Source of the DNA: Bacteroidia bacterium | Lineage (GTDB): Bacteria > Bacteroidota > Bacteroidia > AKYH767-A > OLB10 | Reading direction: 5' to 3' | Assembly: GCA_017995075.1 (NCBI GenBank) | Contig: JAGOJO010000002.1 | Span: 30,319 to 89,543 of the forward strand | DNA: 59,225 nucleotides | In this document: positions 34,762 to 44,440 of the stretch, in pieces | Layout: every line of letters starts with the position of its first letter | Numbering within the stretch: the stretch's first letter is position 1 | The notes under the pieces: generated by a model | What the model saw: only the letters and a program-made list of their open reading frames with translations | Databases searched by the model: none | What the model was told of the DNA's origin: nothing | Made by a program: the position numbers and the translations under genes

Positions 34762-36141
34762 ATGATGGTAAAATCTTCCTGGGCTGAGCCCTATAAAATG
34801 AAAATGGTGGAGTTGTTGAAGACAACCACCAAATCACAACGTACCAAAGCGATTCGTGAAGCAGGATATAATACCTTCCTTTTGCGATCGGAGGATGTAT
34901 ATATTGATCTTTTAACTGATAGTGGAACCTCTGCCATGAGCGATGTGCAATGGGCGGGAATGATGCGGGGTGATGAAGCATATGCCGGCAGCCGGAATTA
35001 TTATAATCTGGAAGCAGCAGTAAAAAAACACTATGGCTATAAATATCTGGTGCCAACTCATCAGGGACGCGGGGCTGAAAATATCCTGTCAAAAGTGCTT
35101 ATCAAAAGAGGAGATATCGTACCTGGTAATATGTATTTTACGACGACACGACTCCATCAGGAACTGGCCGGAGGTACATTTGCAGATATCATCATCGATG
35201 AAGCACATGATCCGAAAAGTCTGCATCCGTTTAAAGGTGATGTGGATTTGCAAAAGCTCGATAAGCTCGTAAAGAAATACGGGGCTAAACGAATTCCTTA
35301 TATAACGATAGGCACAACCGTAAACATGGCCGGTGGACAACCCATAAGCATGAAGAATATGAAAGCCTTGCGTGCCTATACGAAGAAACATAAACTACGG
35401 ATTATTCTTGATATGACCCGTGTGGCGGAGAATGCCTATTTCATTCAACAGCGGGAAGAAGGTTATCAGCGAAAATCTGTCCATCAGATTGTGTTGGAAC
35501 TATGTTCACTTACTGATGGCGCTACGATGAGTGCCAAGAAAGATGCCTTGGTGAATATTGGCGGCTTCATGGCAACCAATGAATGGGACGTGTTTGAAGA
35601 AGCACGTAATCTGGTAGTGGTATATGAAGGATTGCATACCTATGGTGGATTAGCAGGACGCGATATGGAGGCGATGGCGATTGGTATTGCAGAGAGTGTG
35701 AATGACAGACACCAGCAGGCACGGATTGGACAGGTAGAATATCTCGGTGAAAAAATGATGGAGTATGGTATTCCGATTGTTTTGCCGATTGGTGGACATG
35801 GAATTTTTGTAGATGCTAAAGCATTCCTGCCACACTTAAATCAGGATCAGTTTCCGGCACAGGTGCTCGCAGCAGAAATATTCATCGATTCAGGAGTGCG
35901 TACAATGGAGAGAGGTATTGTTTCCGCCGGACGCAAAGCCAATGGTGAAAATTATTATCCGAAACTCGAATTGGTTCGTTTTACAATTCCACGAAGAGTA
36001 TATACGCAAGCACACATGGATGTGATTGCAGAGAGTACGGCCCGTGTACTCGATCGTGCAGCAAAAATCAAAGGATTGAAAATGGTATATGAACCGAAAT
36101 ACCTGCGCTTTTTTCAAGCAAGATTTGAACCTTTAAAATGA
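34762..36141 (+). CDS. PLP-dependent beta-eliminating lyase, tyrosine phenol-lyase-like (tryptophanase/TPL family)
   Basis: AEPYKMKMVE, DLLTDSGTSAMS, GNMYFTTTR, the PLP lysine in MSAKKDALVNIGGF, YGGLAGRDMEAMAIG, and a C-terminal YEPKYLRFFQARF, which resembles TPL (LRFFTARF) more than E. coli TnaA (LRHFTAKL) as I recall them. Confidence 0.85.
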   Translation: MMVKSSWAEPYKMKMVELLKTTTKSQRTKAIREAGYNTFLLRSEDVYIDLLTDSGTSAMSDVQWAGMMRGDEAYAGSRNYYNLEAAVKKHYGYKYLVPTHQGRGAENILSKVLIKRGDIVPGNMYFTTTRLHQELAGGTFADIIIDEAHDPKSLHPFKGDVDLQKLDKLVKKYGAKRIPYITIGTTVNMAGGQPISMKNMKALRAYTKKHKLRIILDMTRVAENAYFIQQREEGYQRKSVHQIVLELCSLTDGATMSAKKDALVNIGGFMATNEWDVFEEARNLVVVYEGLHTYGGLAGRDMEAMAIGIAESVNDRHQQARIGQVEYLGEKMMEYGIPIVLPIGGHGIFVDAKAFLPHLNQDQFPAQVLAAEIFIDSGVRTMERGIVSAGRKANGENYYPKLELVRFTIPRRVYTQAHMDVIAESTARVLDRAAKIKGLKMVYEPKYLRFFQARFEPLK

Positions 36142-36542
36142 TGTCTGGTAGATTAAGTACATATATTTTAATTTCCATGTGCTTGGTTTTTTTCTGCTAT
36201 AGTGTGCAATTTTATTTGCCGGGCGTTAACCAGAATTTTGTTGCCGGGGAAGGAAGACTCGTATGGCAAAGGTATAATTGTCAGTCATGTCATCAATTGT
36301 ATGGGCTAGGTGGATACCTCGGTCCGGATCTGACTAATTTAACATCATCACCGGGTAAAGATGAAAACTATCTTCGGGCAATGATATTATCTGGTTCAGA
36401 TCAGATGCCTTCATTTAAATTGAATGATGAAGAAATGAAGTTGTTAATTCAGTTTTTATATGATGTTGATAAATCTGGTGATGGTCGAAATTTTACTTTT
36501 GATGTAAATTGGGATGGAATGATTATTGAATCTTATGAATAG
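36138..36542 (+). CDS. Membrane-anchored mono-haem cytochrome c (NorC/CcoO-like partner)
   Basis: N-terminal TM helix and a single CQSCH haem-binding motif. Its ATG overlaps the lyase stop (ATGA). Confidence 0.75.
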   Translation: MMSGRLSTYILISMCLVFFCYSVQFYLPGVNQNFVAGEGRLVWQRYNCQSCHQLYGLGGYLGPDLTNLTSSPGKDENYLRAMILSGSDQMPSFKLNDEEMKLLIQFLYDVDKSGDGRNFTFDVNWDGMIIESYE

Positions 36543-37857
36543 ATCTGTTGTTTGGAAGGGGTTTGCAATATTCTCTTTAGTTGTGCTTTTCTTGGGACTC
36601 AACTTTGGTGTTCTGGCAGCTCACTCATATACAGGTCGTGGTAATTTCGGGGAATTACTTAGCTTTATAAATTTACGTCCATTGCATGTCACGTCAGTAA
36701 TGCTTTGGATACTCGTCGGGGCAACAGCAGTTCTTTATTGGGTGATGAATGAATTGCATCTAAAGTACAAACCGCTTTTGGCATATCTCCAGCTGTTTTG
36801 TTGGATCGTCGCTTACGTAGGTATTTTTATTTCTTATCTTAAAGGGCAATTTGGTGGCAGAGAATATTGGGAGTTTCCGCCTGTCTGGTCACTGCCGATT
36901 TTTATTGCTTGGTGTATTATGGTATATCAATATTTTTCTACACTACAACATACAGACAAGTCTCCAGTTTATATTTGGATGTTTGGGACAGGATTAACTT
37001 TTTTCGTATTTGTTTTCTTGGAAAACTACCTCTGGGCATTTGATGTTTTTCGAGCAGATTTTGTGAAGGATACAACTTTACAATGGAAAGTGAATGGATC
37101 GCTTGTTGGTTGCTGGAATCAGATGATTTATGGGGCTTCTTTTTTTCTTATGGAAAAAATAAGTGGAAATAAAAGTATTGCTCGATCTAAAATGTCTTAT
37201 TTTATGTATTTCCTTGGCTTGTTTAACCTGATGTTTAATTGGAGCCATCACATATATACCTTACCAACTGAAAAATATATTAGGTATGTTGGATATTTGG
37301 TAAGTATGACAGAATGGGTGATTTTCTTGAGGATTATATGGACTTTCAGATCAACTATTGAATCAGTAAGGAAACATCGTAATTTGATAAGTTACAGGTT
37401 TCTAATTGCTGCAGATGTTTGGGTTTTTCTGAATCTTTTCATGGCTTTGCTGATGTCGGTTCCTGCCATCAACCTTTATACTCATGGTACCCATATTACT
37501 GTTGCTCATGCTATGGGCACTACAATTGGGATCAATTCTATGATTTTATTAGGAGTAATGGCCTTTGCATTAAATTGTAATGAATTTTCACTAAAACAGA
37601 CACGACTCATTTCTTACTCTTTCTGGTTATTGCAGTTTTCATTGCTCTTTTTTTGGTTTAGTCTCATTTATGCTGGAATTGTTAAAACTATGCTTCAGGT
37701 CAGGCTTCCTCAAGTACCACATAGATATATAATGAAACAAAGTGTAGCAATCTTTAAAGTCTTTAATTATAGTGGGTCTATTATGTTGATAGGATTTACA
37801 GTTGTTTTGTTTGTTTTTATAAAAAGGATGTCTGTCTCAGAGCCGAAATCCTCTTGA
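36535..37857 (+). CDS. Haem-copper oxidoreductase superfamily subunit I-like protein (NorB-size, atypical ligand set)
   Basis: About 12 TM helices, 440 aa. It has a helix-VII-type NWSHHIYT motif and a His cluster THGTHITVAHAMG. Its start overlaps the cytochrome c gene by 8 nt; an alternative TTG start lies at 36526. Confidence 0.7.
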   Translation: MNRSVVWKGFAIFSLVVLFLGLNFGVLAAHSYTGRGNFGELLSFINLRPLHVTSVMLWILVGATAVLYWVMNELHLKYKPLLAYLQLFCWIVAYVGIFISYLKGQFGGREYWEFPPVWSLPIFIAWCIMVYQYFSTLQHTDKSPVYIWMFGTGLTFFVFVFLENYLWAFDVFRADFVKDTTLQWKVNGSLVGCWNQMIYGASFFLMEKISGNKSIARSKMSYFMYFLGLFNLMFNWSHHIYTLPTEKYIRYVGYLVSMTEWVIFLRIIWTFRSTIESVRKHRNLISYRFLIAADVWVFLNLFMALLMSVPAINLYTHGTHITVAHAMGTTIGINSMILLGVMAFALNCNEFSLKQTRLISYSFWLLQFSLLFFWFSLIYAGIVKTMLQVRLPQVPHRYIMKQSVAIFKVFNYSGSIMLIGFTVVLFVFIKRMSVSEPKSS

Positions 37858-37925
37858 ATCACAACTAATGACCTTTAGGATTAGTTTTTTAAAAGAACGA
37901 TATGAAAAGCGATATATGGATGCTA

Positions 37926-38969
37926 TTATTTCAAAATCTCGGCGATCTTTTTCTTCACTTCTGAAACGTTTATTCGTTGAATGCATGGATTTTCCTTGTA
38001 CTTGCAATGCACCATATCGCATGGGTTACATTCCAGCACATGATGAATATACTTCGCATTCGACTGGTGCGGATAGAAAACAGGATCTCCCGGACCAAAT
38101 AAAGCCAGGGATGGTGTACCCATCGCAGCAGCAATATGGAAGGGGCCGCTGTCGTTGCCGATAAAGATAGTTGCCTTTTCGCACATAGCCGCAAACGTTA
38201 GTAAACTGACTTCTCCTGCCGCCAGATGAATCGGAAAAGGTAAGAGCGGCTGAAGTACTGTCAGGTCGTCTGCATCCTGTTTGTCGCCAATTACAATGAT
38301 TTCGGTCTGATGTTCAGTATGCAGCCACGACATCACCTCTGCTACCCGTTCAAGCGGCCATTTTTTCAGGATACGACGAGCGCCGGTATGAAATAGCGCA
38401 AACTTTTTAATACTTCGCTTTTCCAGAAAATCTACTGCCTGATGTCTTTCTTTTTCACTGAGGTATAGCCTGGGGTCGTTTAGCTTATTTTGGCTATCCA
38501 TCACTGGTTCAATCACCTGCCAGTTGGTTTCGATTTCCCGCGGATGACGGGGTAGTTTCCGGTTTTTATTTCGGACGGAACCCCGGTCGAGGCGGAACTT
38601 CGGTCGGTTTTTCAATGCAAAAAGGGTACTTGAAGCACTTCCGCGGAGATCAATTACCAGGTCATATTTGCCCGCCAGCGTTAAATAATCATCAGTAACA
38701 TGGTCAATATCCGGGCAATATTGCAGCATATGGACTCCAAATCCATGGCAAACTACGGTAATCTCGGCATCCGGAAACTGCTTCCGAATCATGGCAAAAA
38801 CGGGGGTGGCATTCATTAAATCCCCGATTTCATCTTCTTTGAAGATTACTATTCTTTTGAAAGACAGCGTTTTAGGATCCTTTCCCCGATTTATCAACCG
38901 GGAAAGGAGAATCGATGACAGGAAGATCCCCCTGTCGGACCATTGACGCCAGGCCATCGACTTTTCCAC
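37926..38969 (-). CDS. Glycosyltransferase family 9 (heptosyltransferase-like)
   Basis: KRIVIFKEDEIGDLMNATPVF N-terminal pattern and GNDSGPFHIAAAMGTPSLALFGP C-terminal signature. Confidence 0.8.
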   Translation of the reverse strand: MEKSMAWRQWSDRGIFLSSILLSRLINRGKDPKTLSFKRIVIFKEDEIGDLMNATPVFAMIRKQFPDAEITVVCHGFGVHMLQYCPDIDHVTDDYLTLAGKYDLVIDLRGSASSTLFALKNRPKFRLDRGSVRNKNRKLPRHPREIETNWQVIEPVMDSQNKLNDPRLYLSEKERHQAVDFLEKRSIKKFALFHTGARRILKKWPLERVAEVMSWLHTEHQTEIIVIGDKQDADDLTVLQPLLPFPIHLAAGEVSLLTFAAMCEKATIFIGNDSGPFHIAAAMGTPSLALFGPGDPVFYPHQSNAKYIHHVLECNPCDMVHCKYKENPCIQRINVSEVKKKIAEILK

Positions 38970-39034
38970 GGGCGCAATGTTAATGAATCCTGAGGAGCTA
39001 TTGTTTGTCCGCTTGTAATTACAGGTATTTTTCC

Positions 39035-39042
39035 TATATTTG
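39035..39042 (+). promoter_or_regulatory. Bacteroidetes -7 box TATATTTG for rimP-nusA-infB
   Basis: Exact TAnnTTTG match, 45 nt upstream of the rimP ATG. Confidence 0.5.
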
Positions 39043-39054
39043 CATCGTGATGTG

Positions 39055-39084
39055 AGAGGGGACCCAAGTCCCCTCTTTATATTT
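39055..39084 (+). promoter_or_regulatory. Leader hairpin plus U-rich tract (candidate attenuator) in the rimP-nusA-infB leader
   Basis: AGAGGGGAC-CCAA-GTCCCCTCT (9-bp GC-rich stem with a tetraloop) followed by TTATATTT. It lies between the -7 box and ATG 39088. Confidence 0.55.
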
Positions 39085-39087
39085 CAA

Positions 39088-39558
39088 ATGGTTGAAAAAG
39101 AGAATATAAGAGAACTGGTAGAGGCCTTTTTACAGGGAACGGAGTGTTTCCTTGTGGAGGTCAAATTGTCGCCAAATAAGCTGGCTGTTGCAATTGATAA
39201 ACCAACCGGAGTTACGCTTGACGAGTGCACCGCTCTCACACGACACCTGTTGAATCATTTGGAAGAGACCGGGTTTCTGGAGAAGCATGAGGTAGAAGTC
39301 GGGAGTCCGGGAATGGAAGAACCGCTCAGGGTGCCTCAACAATATCAACGCCGGCTGGGGAAAGAACTTCGGGTAATGGGTATTGACGGAAAAGAATGGA
39401 AAGGTATCTTGCAACAAATCTTTCCGGAAGGAATAGAACTCAAGGTGACCACCAGTCGCAAAGAGAATAAAAAGAAAATAATCACTGAATCGCTGGAGAC
39501 AATTCCGTTCAGCAATATCAGGGAAGCAAAACTGATAATAAACTATAAATTCAAATAG
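39088..39558 (+). CDS. rimP: Ribosome maturation factor RimP
   Basis: 156 aa directly upstream of nusA, with the pattern LVEVKL...LAVAIDKP.GVTLDECT...SR...EVGSPG. Confidence 0.85.
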   Translation: MVEKENIRELVEAFLQGTECFLVEVKLSPNKLAVAIDKPTGVTLDECTALTRHLLNHLEETGFLEKHEVEVGSPGMEEPLRVPQQYQRRLGKELRVMGIDGKEWKGILQQIFPEGIELKVTTSRKENKKKIITESLETIPFSNIREAKLIINYKFK

Positions 39559-39562
39559 TCCA

Positions 39563-40798
39563 ATGGACCATCAGGTATTGATTGAATCCTTCTCGGAGTT
39601 CAAAGAAGTAAAAAATATCGACAAGGCTACGATGATGAGTATCCTTGAAGATGTGATTAAGTCGACGCTGCGTAAAAGATTCGGTACAGCAGATAATTTC
39701 GATGTGATCATCAACCTCGACAAGGGTGACCTTGAAATTTACCGTAACCGTATGATTGTGGAAGACGGTATGGTGGAAGATGAAGCAACGCAAATTGCCT
39801 ATTCCGACGCGATCAGAATCGAACCGGATTTTGAAGTGGGTGAAGAGTTGACAGAGACAGTCCGCCTGGGTGACTTCGGTCGTCGTGCGGTATTGGCACT
39901 TCGTCAGAACCTCGTTTCACGCATCACGGAACTGGAGAAGGATAGCATCTATCGCAAATACAAGGACCGTGTGGGTGAACTCATGACGGGAGAAGTATAT
40001 CAGATCTGGAAGAAAGAGATTCTGGTACTGGACGACGAAGGCAATGAACTCGTTTTACCAAAAGGTGAAACAATTCCTGCTGATTTTTTCAAGAAAGGAG
40101 ATGCTGTTCGTGCAGTAGTATTACGCGTGGAAATGATCAATGCCAGTCCGAAAATTATTCTGAGCCGTACTTCGCCGGTATTCCTCGAGCGTTTGTTTGA
40201 GCAGGAAGTTCCGGAGGTATTTGATGGGTTGATTACGATTAAAAATATTGTTCGTGAGCCGGGTGAGCGTGCGAAAGTGGCAGTAGAAAGTTATGATGAC
40301 CGTATCGATCCGGTTGGTGCATGCGTTGGGATGAAAGGTTCACGTATTCATGGAATCGTTCGCGAATTGCGCAATGAAAACATCGACGTGATCAATTTCA
40401 CCAATAATATCCAGTTGTATATTACCCGTGCATTGAGTCCGGCGAAAATTACTTCGATCAAACTTGATGATGAAACGCACCGTGCTGCCGTGTACATGAA
40501 GCCTGATCAGGTTTCGTTGGCGATTGGTAAGGGCGGACATAACATCAAACTTGCCGGACGTTTAACCGGTTATGAAATTGATGTATACCGTGATTCTGAA
40601 GACGAAGATGAAGATGTGGATCTCGATGAATTCTCTGATGAAATCGATAGTTGGATCATTGAAGAGCTGAAGTCTATCGGTTGTGATACGGCGAAATCTA
40701 TTCTTGCGCTTACAGTGGAAGATCTGGTGAAGCGTACCGATCTGGAAGAAGAAACAATTCGTGAAGTGGTGAAGATCCTTCGCTCAGAGTTTGAATAA
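39563..40798 (+). CDS. nusA: Transcription termination/antitermination factor NusA
   Basis: NusA N-terminal domain, an S1 domain (GELMTGEVYQ) and two KH domains (GACVGMKGSRI, IGKGGHNIKLA). Confidence 0.95.
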   Translation: MDHQVLIESFSEFKEVKNIDKATMMSILEDVIKSTLRKRFGTADNFDVIINLDKGDLEIYRNRMIVEDGMVEDEATQIAYSDAIRIEPDFEVGEELTETVRLGDFGRRAVLALRQNLVSRITELEKDSIYRKYKDRVGELMTGEVYQIWKKEILVLDDEGNELVLPKGETIPADFFKKGDAVRAVVLRVEMINASPKIILSRTSPVFLERLFEQEVPEVFDGLITIKNIVREPGERAKVAVESYDDRIDPVGACVGMKGSRIHGIVRELRNENIDVINFTNNIQLYITRALSPAKITSIKLDDETHRAAVYMKPDQVSLAIGKGGHNIKLAGRLTGYEIDVYRDSEDEDEDVDLDEFSDEIDSWIIEELKSIGCDTAKSILALTVEDLVKRTDLEEETIREVVKILRSEFE

Positions 40799-40900
40799 GT
40801 ATCTGTGTTGTCCTCAAATGAAGTTTGCATCATGAAATAGCAAACACCGAGTAAAAAAATAAATTAGTGCCCCTTAAAGGGAAGAAAGATAAAACTGTAG

Positions 40901-43900
40901 ATGTCCGAAGAAAAAACATTACGCCTCATCAAGGTTGCCAAAGAGTTTAACGTAGGTATCCAGCATGTGGTAGAATATCTCGAGTCGAAAGGTGTGAAGG
41001 TTGATAGCAGCCCGAACGCAAAACTTTCGATGGAGGTGTATACCCTTTTGCAGGAAAAATATCAGCCCGATAAACTGGCGAAACTAGAAGCGCATGAGGT
41101 TACCCGTGAGAAGCTGAAACGCGATACCGTAACGATCGAGTCGAAATCGACTACGTCGGATGCACGCGAGCAGGAAGTTGAACCGGACAATGATGAGAAT
41201 CTTAAAAAGAGTCTTGAGGAGATAAAACTCTCCGGATCTTCTACAAAGAAGGCTACTCCGAAAGCTAAAAAATCAGAGGACACTCCTGCAGAGCCCGAAG
41301 TTATTAAGGCGAAGGCGGATGTGGAGTCACCAAAGATTCTGGGTAAGATCGACCTGGAGGCTGGCGCGAAGAAAAAAACTGCGAAGAAAAAAGAAGAGGA
41401 TGATGCTAAAGCGGCAGAAGCGGCTCAGGCAGAAGCGGCTGAAGTGAAGAAAAAAGCTGCAAAGAAAGCGGCGGATGATGAAGCGGCAATTGCTGCAGAG
41501 AAAGTAAAGCAGGAAGCAAAGAAGGAGAAAGAGAAGCCTGTTAAGGTGGAAGTGAAGGAGAAGGCCAAAGAAAAAGAAAAACCTGCGGAGGCACCAGCTG
41601 CTAAACCTGTTGTTGCTGAAGCGAAGAAGGAACCTGAAGTAACTGCAAAGGCTACAACTGAGAAACCAGTTGCTGAAGAGAAACCCGCAGCTCCTGCAGC
41701 TCCGGAAACTCCCGCAGCTCCTGCAGGACCGGAACATATCGGTATTCGGGTAGATAAATTGAGTGGACCAAATATTCTTGGTAAAATTGAACTTCCTGTT
41801 GATCCACCCAAAAAGAAACCGGTGGCTTCAAGTTCCGATTTTGAAGGAGATAAGAAGAAAAGAAAACGCAAAGAGAAAAATGGTCCTCAGGGACAGGGTC
41901 AAGGTGGCCAACGTCCTGCCGGGCAACCTGGTCAACCTGGTCAGCGTCCGCAAGGGCAAGGACAAGGAGGTGGCCAACGTTTTGGTCCGGGTGGACAACG
42001 TCCGGGAGGTCCGGGAGGTCCAGGCGGTCAGCGTCGCGACAATCGCCCAGGCCAACGTGGTAAGGGTGTTCCACTAGTTATTACTCCAAAGGCGGAGCCT
42101 ACCGATAAAGAAATTCAAGATCAGATTAAAGCAACACTGGCTCGTTTGAGTGGTGGTGGTAAATCGAAGTCTGCAAAATTACGTCGTGAAAAACGTGATT
42201 TACATGCGCAGCGTGAAGAAGCCCGTGCAGAACAACAGTCAGAAAAAGCAATTCAGGTGACGGAATTCGTTTCAGCAAATGAGTTGGCGAAGATGATGGA
42301 TGTTCAGGTGAATCAGGTAATCAGTACCTGTATGAGCCTCGGATTATTCGTATCGATTAACCAGCGTCTGGATGCAGAAACGATTACTGTAGTGGCTGAA
42401 GAGTTCGGGTTTAAAGTAGAATTCGTTTCAGCGGATGTGCAGGATTCAATATCTGATGAAACTGATGCTCCGGAAGATTTATTACCACGTGCGCCGATTG
42501 TAACCGTTATGGGTCACGTCGATCACGGTAAGACTTCCTTGCTGGATTATGTACGTAAAGCAAATGTAATAGCCGGTGAGGCGGGTGGTATCACTCAGCA
42601 CATTGGTGCATACGAAGTAAAACTGGAAGATGGTCGTAAGATTACCTTCCTCGATACACCGGGTCACGAAGCATTTACTGCGATGCGTGCACGTGGTGCG
42701 AAAGTAACCGACGTAGCGATTATCGTTATTGCTGCAGATGATAGTGTGATGCCTCAAACGAAAGAGGCGATTAATCACGCACAGGCTGCCGGAGTACCGA
42801 TCGTTTTTGCTATCAATAAAGTGGATAAGCCGGATGCGAATCCTGAACGAATCAAGGAGCAACTTGCGGCAATGAATTACCTCGTCGAAGATTGGGGTGG
42901 TAAATATCAGAGTCAGGAAATCTCTGCGAAAAAGGGAATGAATATCGATAAGTTACTCGATAAAGTATTGCTGGAAGCAGAACTGCTCGATTTGAAAGCG
43001 AATCCCGGACGCCTCGCAAAAGGTACTGTCATTGAATCTTCACTCGATAAAGGACGTGGTTATGTAACTACAATTCTGGTACAAACCGGAACCCTTAAAA
43101 TGGGTGATGTAGTGTTGGCAGGTTGTCATAGTGGTCGCGTAAAAGCAATGTTCAATGAGCGTGGCAACAGAATTAAAGAAGCAGGCCCATCAACTCCTAC
43201 AATGATTCTTGGTATGTCCGGCGCAGTGCAGGCGGGCGATCAGTTCAATGTGATGGAAGATGAGCGTGAAGCAAGAGAGATCGCTAATAAGCGTTTGCAA
43301 TTGCAGCGTGAACAGGGAATTCGTACACATAAACATATTACCCTCGATGAAATCGGTCGTCGATTGGCAATAGGAAACTTCAAGGAACTTAATATCATCG
43401 TAAAAGGTGACGTGGATGGTTCTGTAGAAGCACTTGCCGATTCGTTACTGAAGTTGTCAACGCAGGAAATTCAGGTAAATGTTATTTTGAAAGGAGTTGG
43501 TCAGATTTCTGATTCTGATATCATGCTGGCTTCTGCTTCAAATGCAATCATCGTCGGCTTCCAGGTTCGCCCAAGCAGCAATGCACGTAAACTGGCTGAA
43601 CAAGAAGAAATCGATATCCGACTCTATTCTATTATTTACGACGCTATCAACGAAGTGAAGGCGGCAATGGAAGGAATGTTGGCTCCTGAGTTTGAAGAGA
43701 AAATTGTTTGTAACGTTGAAGTACGTGAAACATTCAAAATTCCGAAAGTTGGTACAGTTGCCGGTTGTATGGTGACAGATGGTAAGATTAACCGTAATAC
43801 CAAAATACGAATTATCAGAGATGGTATCGTAATGCACTCCGGTGAACTCTCTTCATTGAAACGTTTTAAAGACGATGCAAAAGATGTTCAGGCAGGAATG

Positions 43901-43996
43901 GAATGCGGATTGAGTGTACATAATTTCAACGATATCAAAGTAGGCGATATTATTGAAGGGTACGAAAACGTTGCGATAAAACGTACGTTAGCGTAA
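40901..43996 (+). CDS. infB: Translation initiation factor IF-2
   Basis: 1031 aa with GTPase motifs ([21 protein letters not shown]). The long N-terminal low-complexity region contains K/A/E-rich and G/Q/P/R-rich tracts. Confidence 0.97.
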   Translation: MSEEKTLRLIKVAKEFNVGIQHVVEYLESKGVKVDSSPNAKLSMEVYTLLQEKYQPDKLAKLEAHEVTREKLKRDTVTIESKSTTSDAREQEVEPDNDENLKKSLEEIKLSGSSTKKATPKAKKSEDTPAEPEVIKAKADVESPKILGKIDLEAGAKKKTAKKKEEDDAKAAEAAQAEAAEVKKKAAKKAADDEAAIAAEKVKQEAKKEKEKPVKVEVKEKAKEKEKPAEAPAAKPVVAEAKKEPEVTAKATTEKPVAEEKPAAPAAPETPAAPAGPEHIGIRVDKLSGPNILGKIELPVDPPKKKPVASSSDFEGDKKKRKRKEKNGPQGQGQGGQRPAGQPGQPGQRPQGQGQGGGQRFGPGGQRPGGPGGPGGQRRDNRPGQRGKGVPLVITPKAEPTDKEIQDQIKATLARLSGGGKSKSAKLRREKRDLHAQREEARAEQQSEKAIQVTEFVSANELAKMMDVQVNQVISTCMSLGLFVSINQRLDAETITVVAEEFGFKVEFVSADVQDSISDETDAPEDLLPRAPIVTVMGHVDHGKTSLLDYVRKANVIAGEAGGITQHIGAYEVKLEDGRKITFLDTPGHEAFTAMRARGAKVTDVAIIVIAADDSVMPQTKEAINHAQAAGVPIVFAINKVDKPDANPERIKEQLAAMNYLVEDWGGKYQSQEISAKKGMNIDKLLDKVLLEAELLDLKANPGRLAKGTVIESSLDKGRGYVTTILVQTGTLKMGDVVLAGCHSGRVKAMFNERGNRIKEAGPSTPTMILGMSGAVQAGDQFNVMEDEREAREIANKRLQLQREQGIRTHKHITLDEIGRRLAIGNFKELNIIVKGDVDGSVEALADSLLKLSTQEIQVNVILKGVGQISDSDIMLASASNAIIVGFQVRPSSNARKLAEQEEIDIRLYSIIYDAINEVKAAMEGMLAPEFEEKIVCNVEVRETFKIPKVGTVAGCMVTDGKINRNTKIRIIRDGIVMHSGELSSLKRFKDDAKDVQAGMECGLSVHNFNDIKVGDIIEGYENVAIKRTLA

Positions 43997-44186
43997 TACG
44001 GCGGCATACTGCTGCTTACGGCGGCATACTGCTGCTTACGGCGGCATACGGCGGCATACTGCTAGATACGGCTACATACGGCTAAGTACGGCTGCATACG
44101 GCTAGATACGGCGGCATACGGCTAGATACGGCTACATACGGCTACATACGGTTTTGAATAGCTGAATACGGCTTCATAGGGTGTTT
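43997..44186 (+). repeat. Degenerate decamer array (TACGGCNNCA), about 19 phased units, starting on the base after the infB stop
   Basis: The first 40 nt are an exact 20-nt duplication (TACGGCGGCATACTGCTGCT x2). These are followed by TACGGCGGCA, TACGGCTACA, TACGGCTAGA and similar units with no phase slip. Confidence 0.9.
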
Positions 44187-44360
44187 AGTGTTTTGATGAG
44201 AATTGCTACTAAGGTATGCAAGCATCATTTTATTGAAGACTATCAACGTAATTTACTAAAGAAAACAAATTTTTGTTGCCAGTAGTCAGTAAATAACTGT
44301 GAACATCAGTATATCTGTAGAAATCGGTATATCGGTATATCCGTATGAATCTGTAGCCAT

Positions 44361-44440
44361 CCGTCTATCCGTCTATCAGTCTATCAGTCTATTAGTCTAT
44401 CCGTTTATCCGTATTTCAGTCTATCCGTTTATCTGTATGA
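44361..44440 (-). repeat. Degenerate octamer array (CCGTCTAT/CAGTCTAT; reverse complement ATAGACGG), 10 units
   Basis: CCGTCTAT CCGTCTAT CAGTCTAT CAGTCTAT TAGTCTAT CCGTTTAT CCGTATTT CAGTCTAT CCGTTTAT CTGTATGA. Confidence 0.85.

Noticed and set aside
41327-42077. Several 75-148-aa ORFs on both strands within the infB N-terminal region
   Set aside because: They are low-complexity artefacts inside a confidently identified IF-2 gene.
44196-44285. 29-codon ORF (MRIATKVCKHHFIEDYQRNLLKKTNFCCQ) in the spacer between the inverted arrays
   Set aside because: It is very short, has no promoter box or homology that I can recognise, and lies in an AT-rich spacer where such ORFs arise by chance. It could be re-examined if the locus is transcribed.
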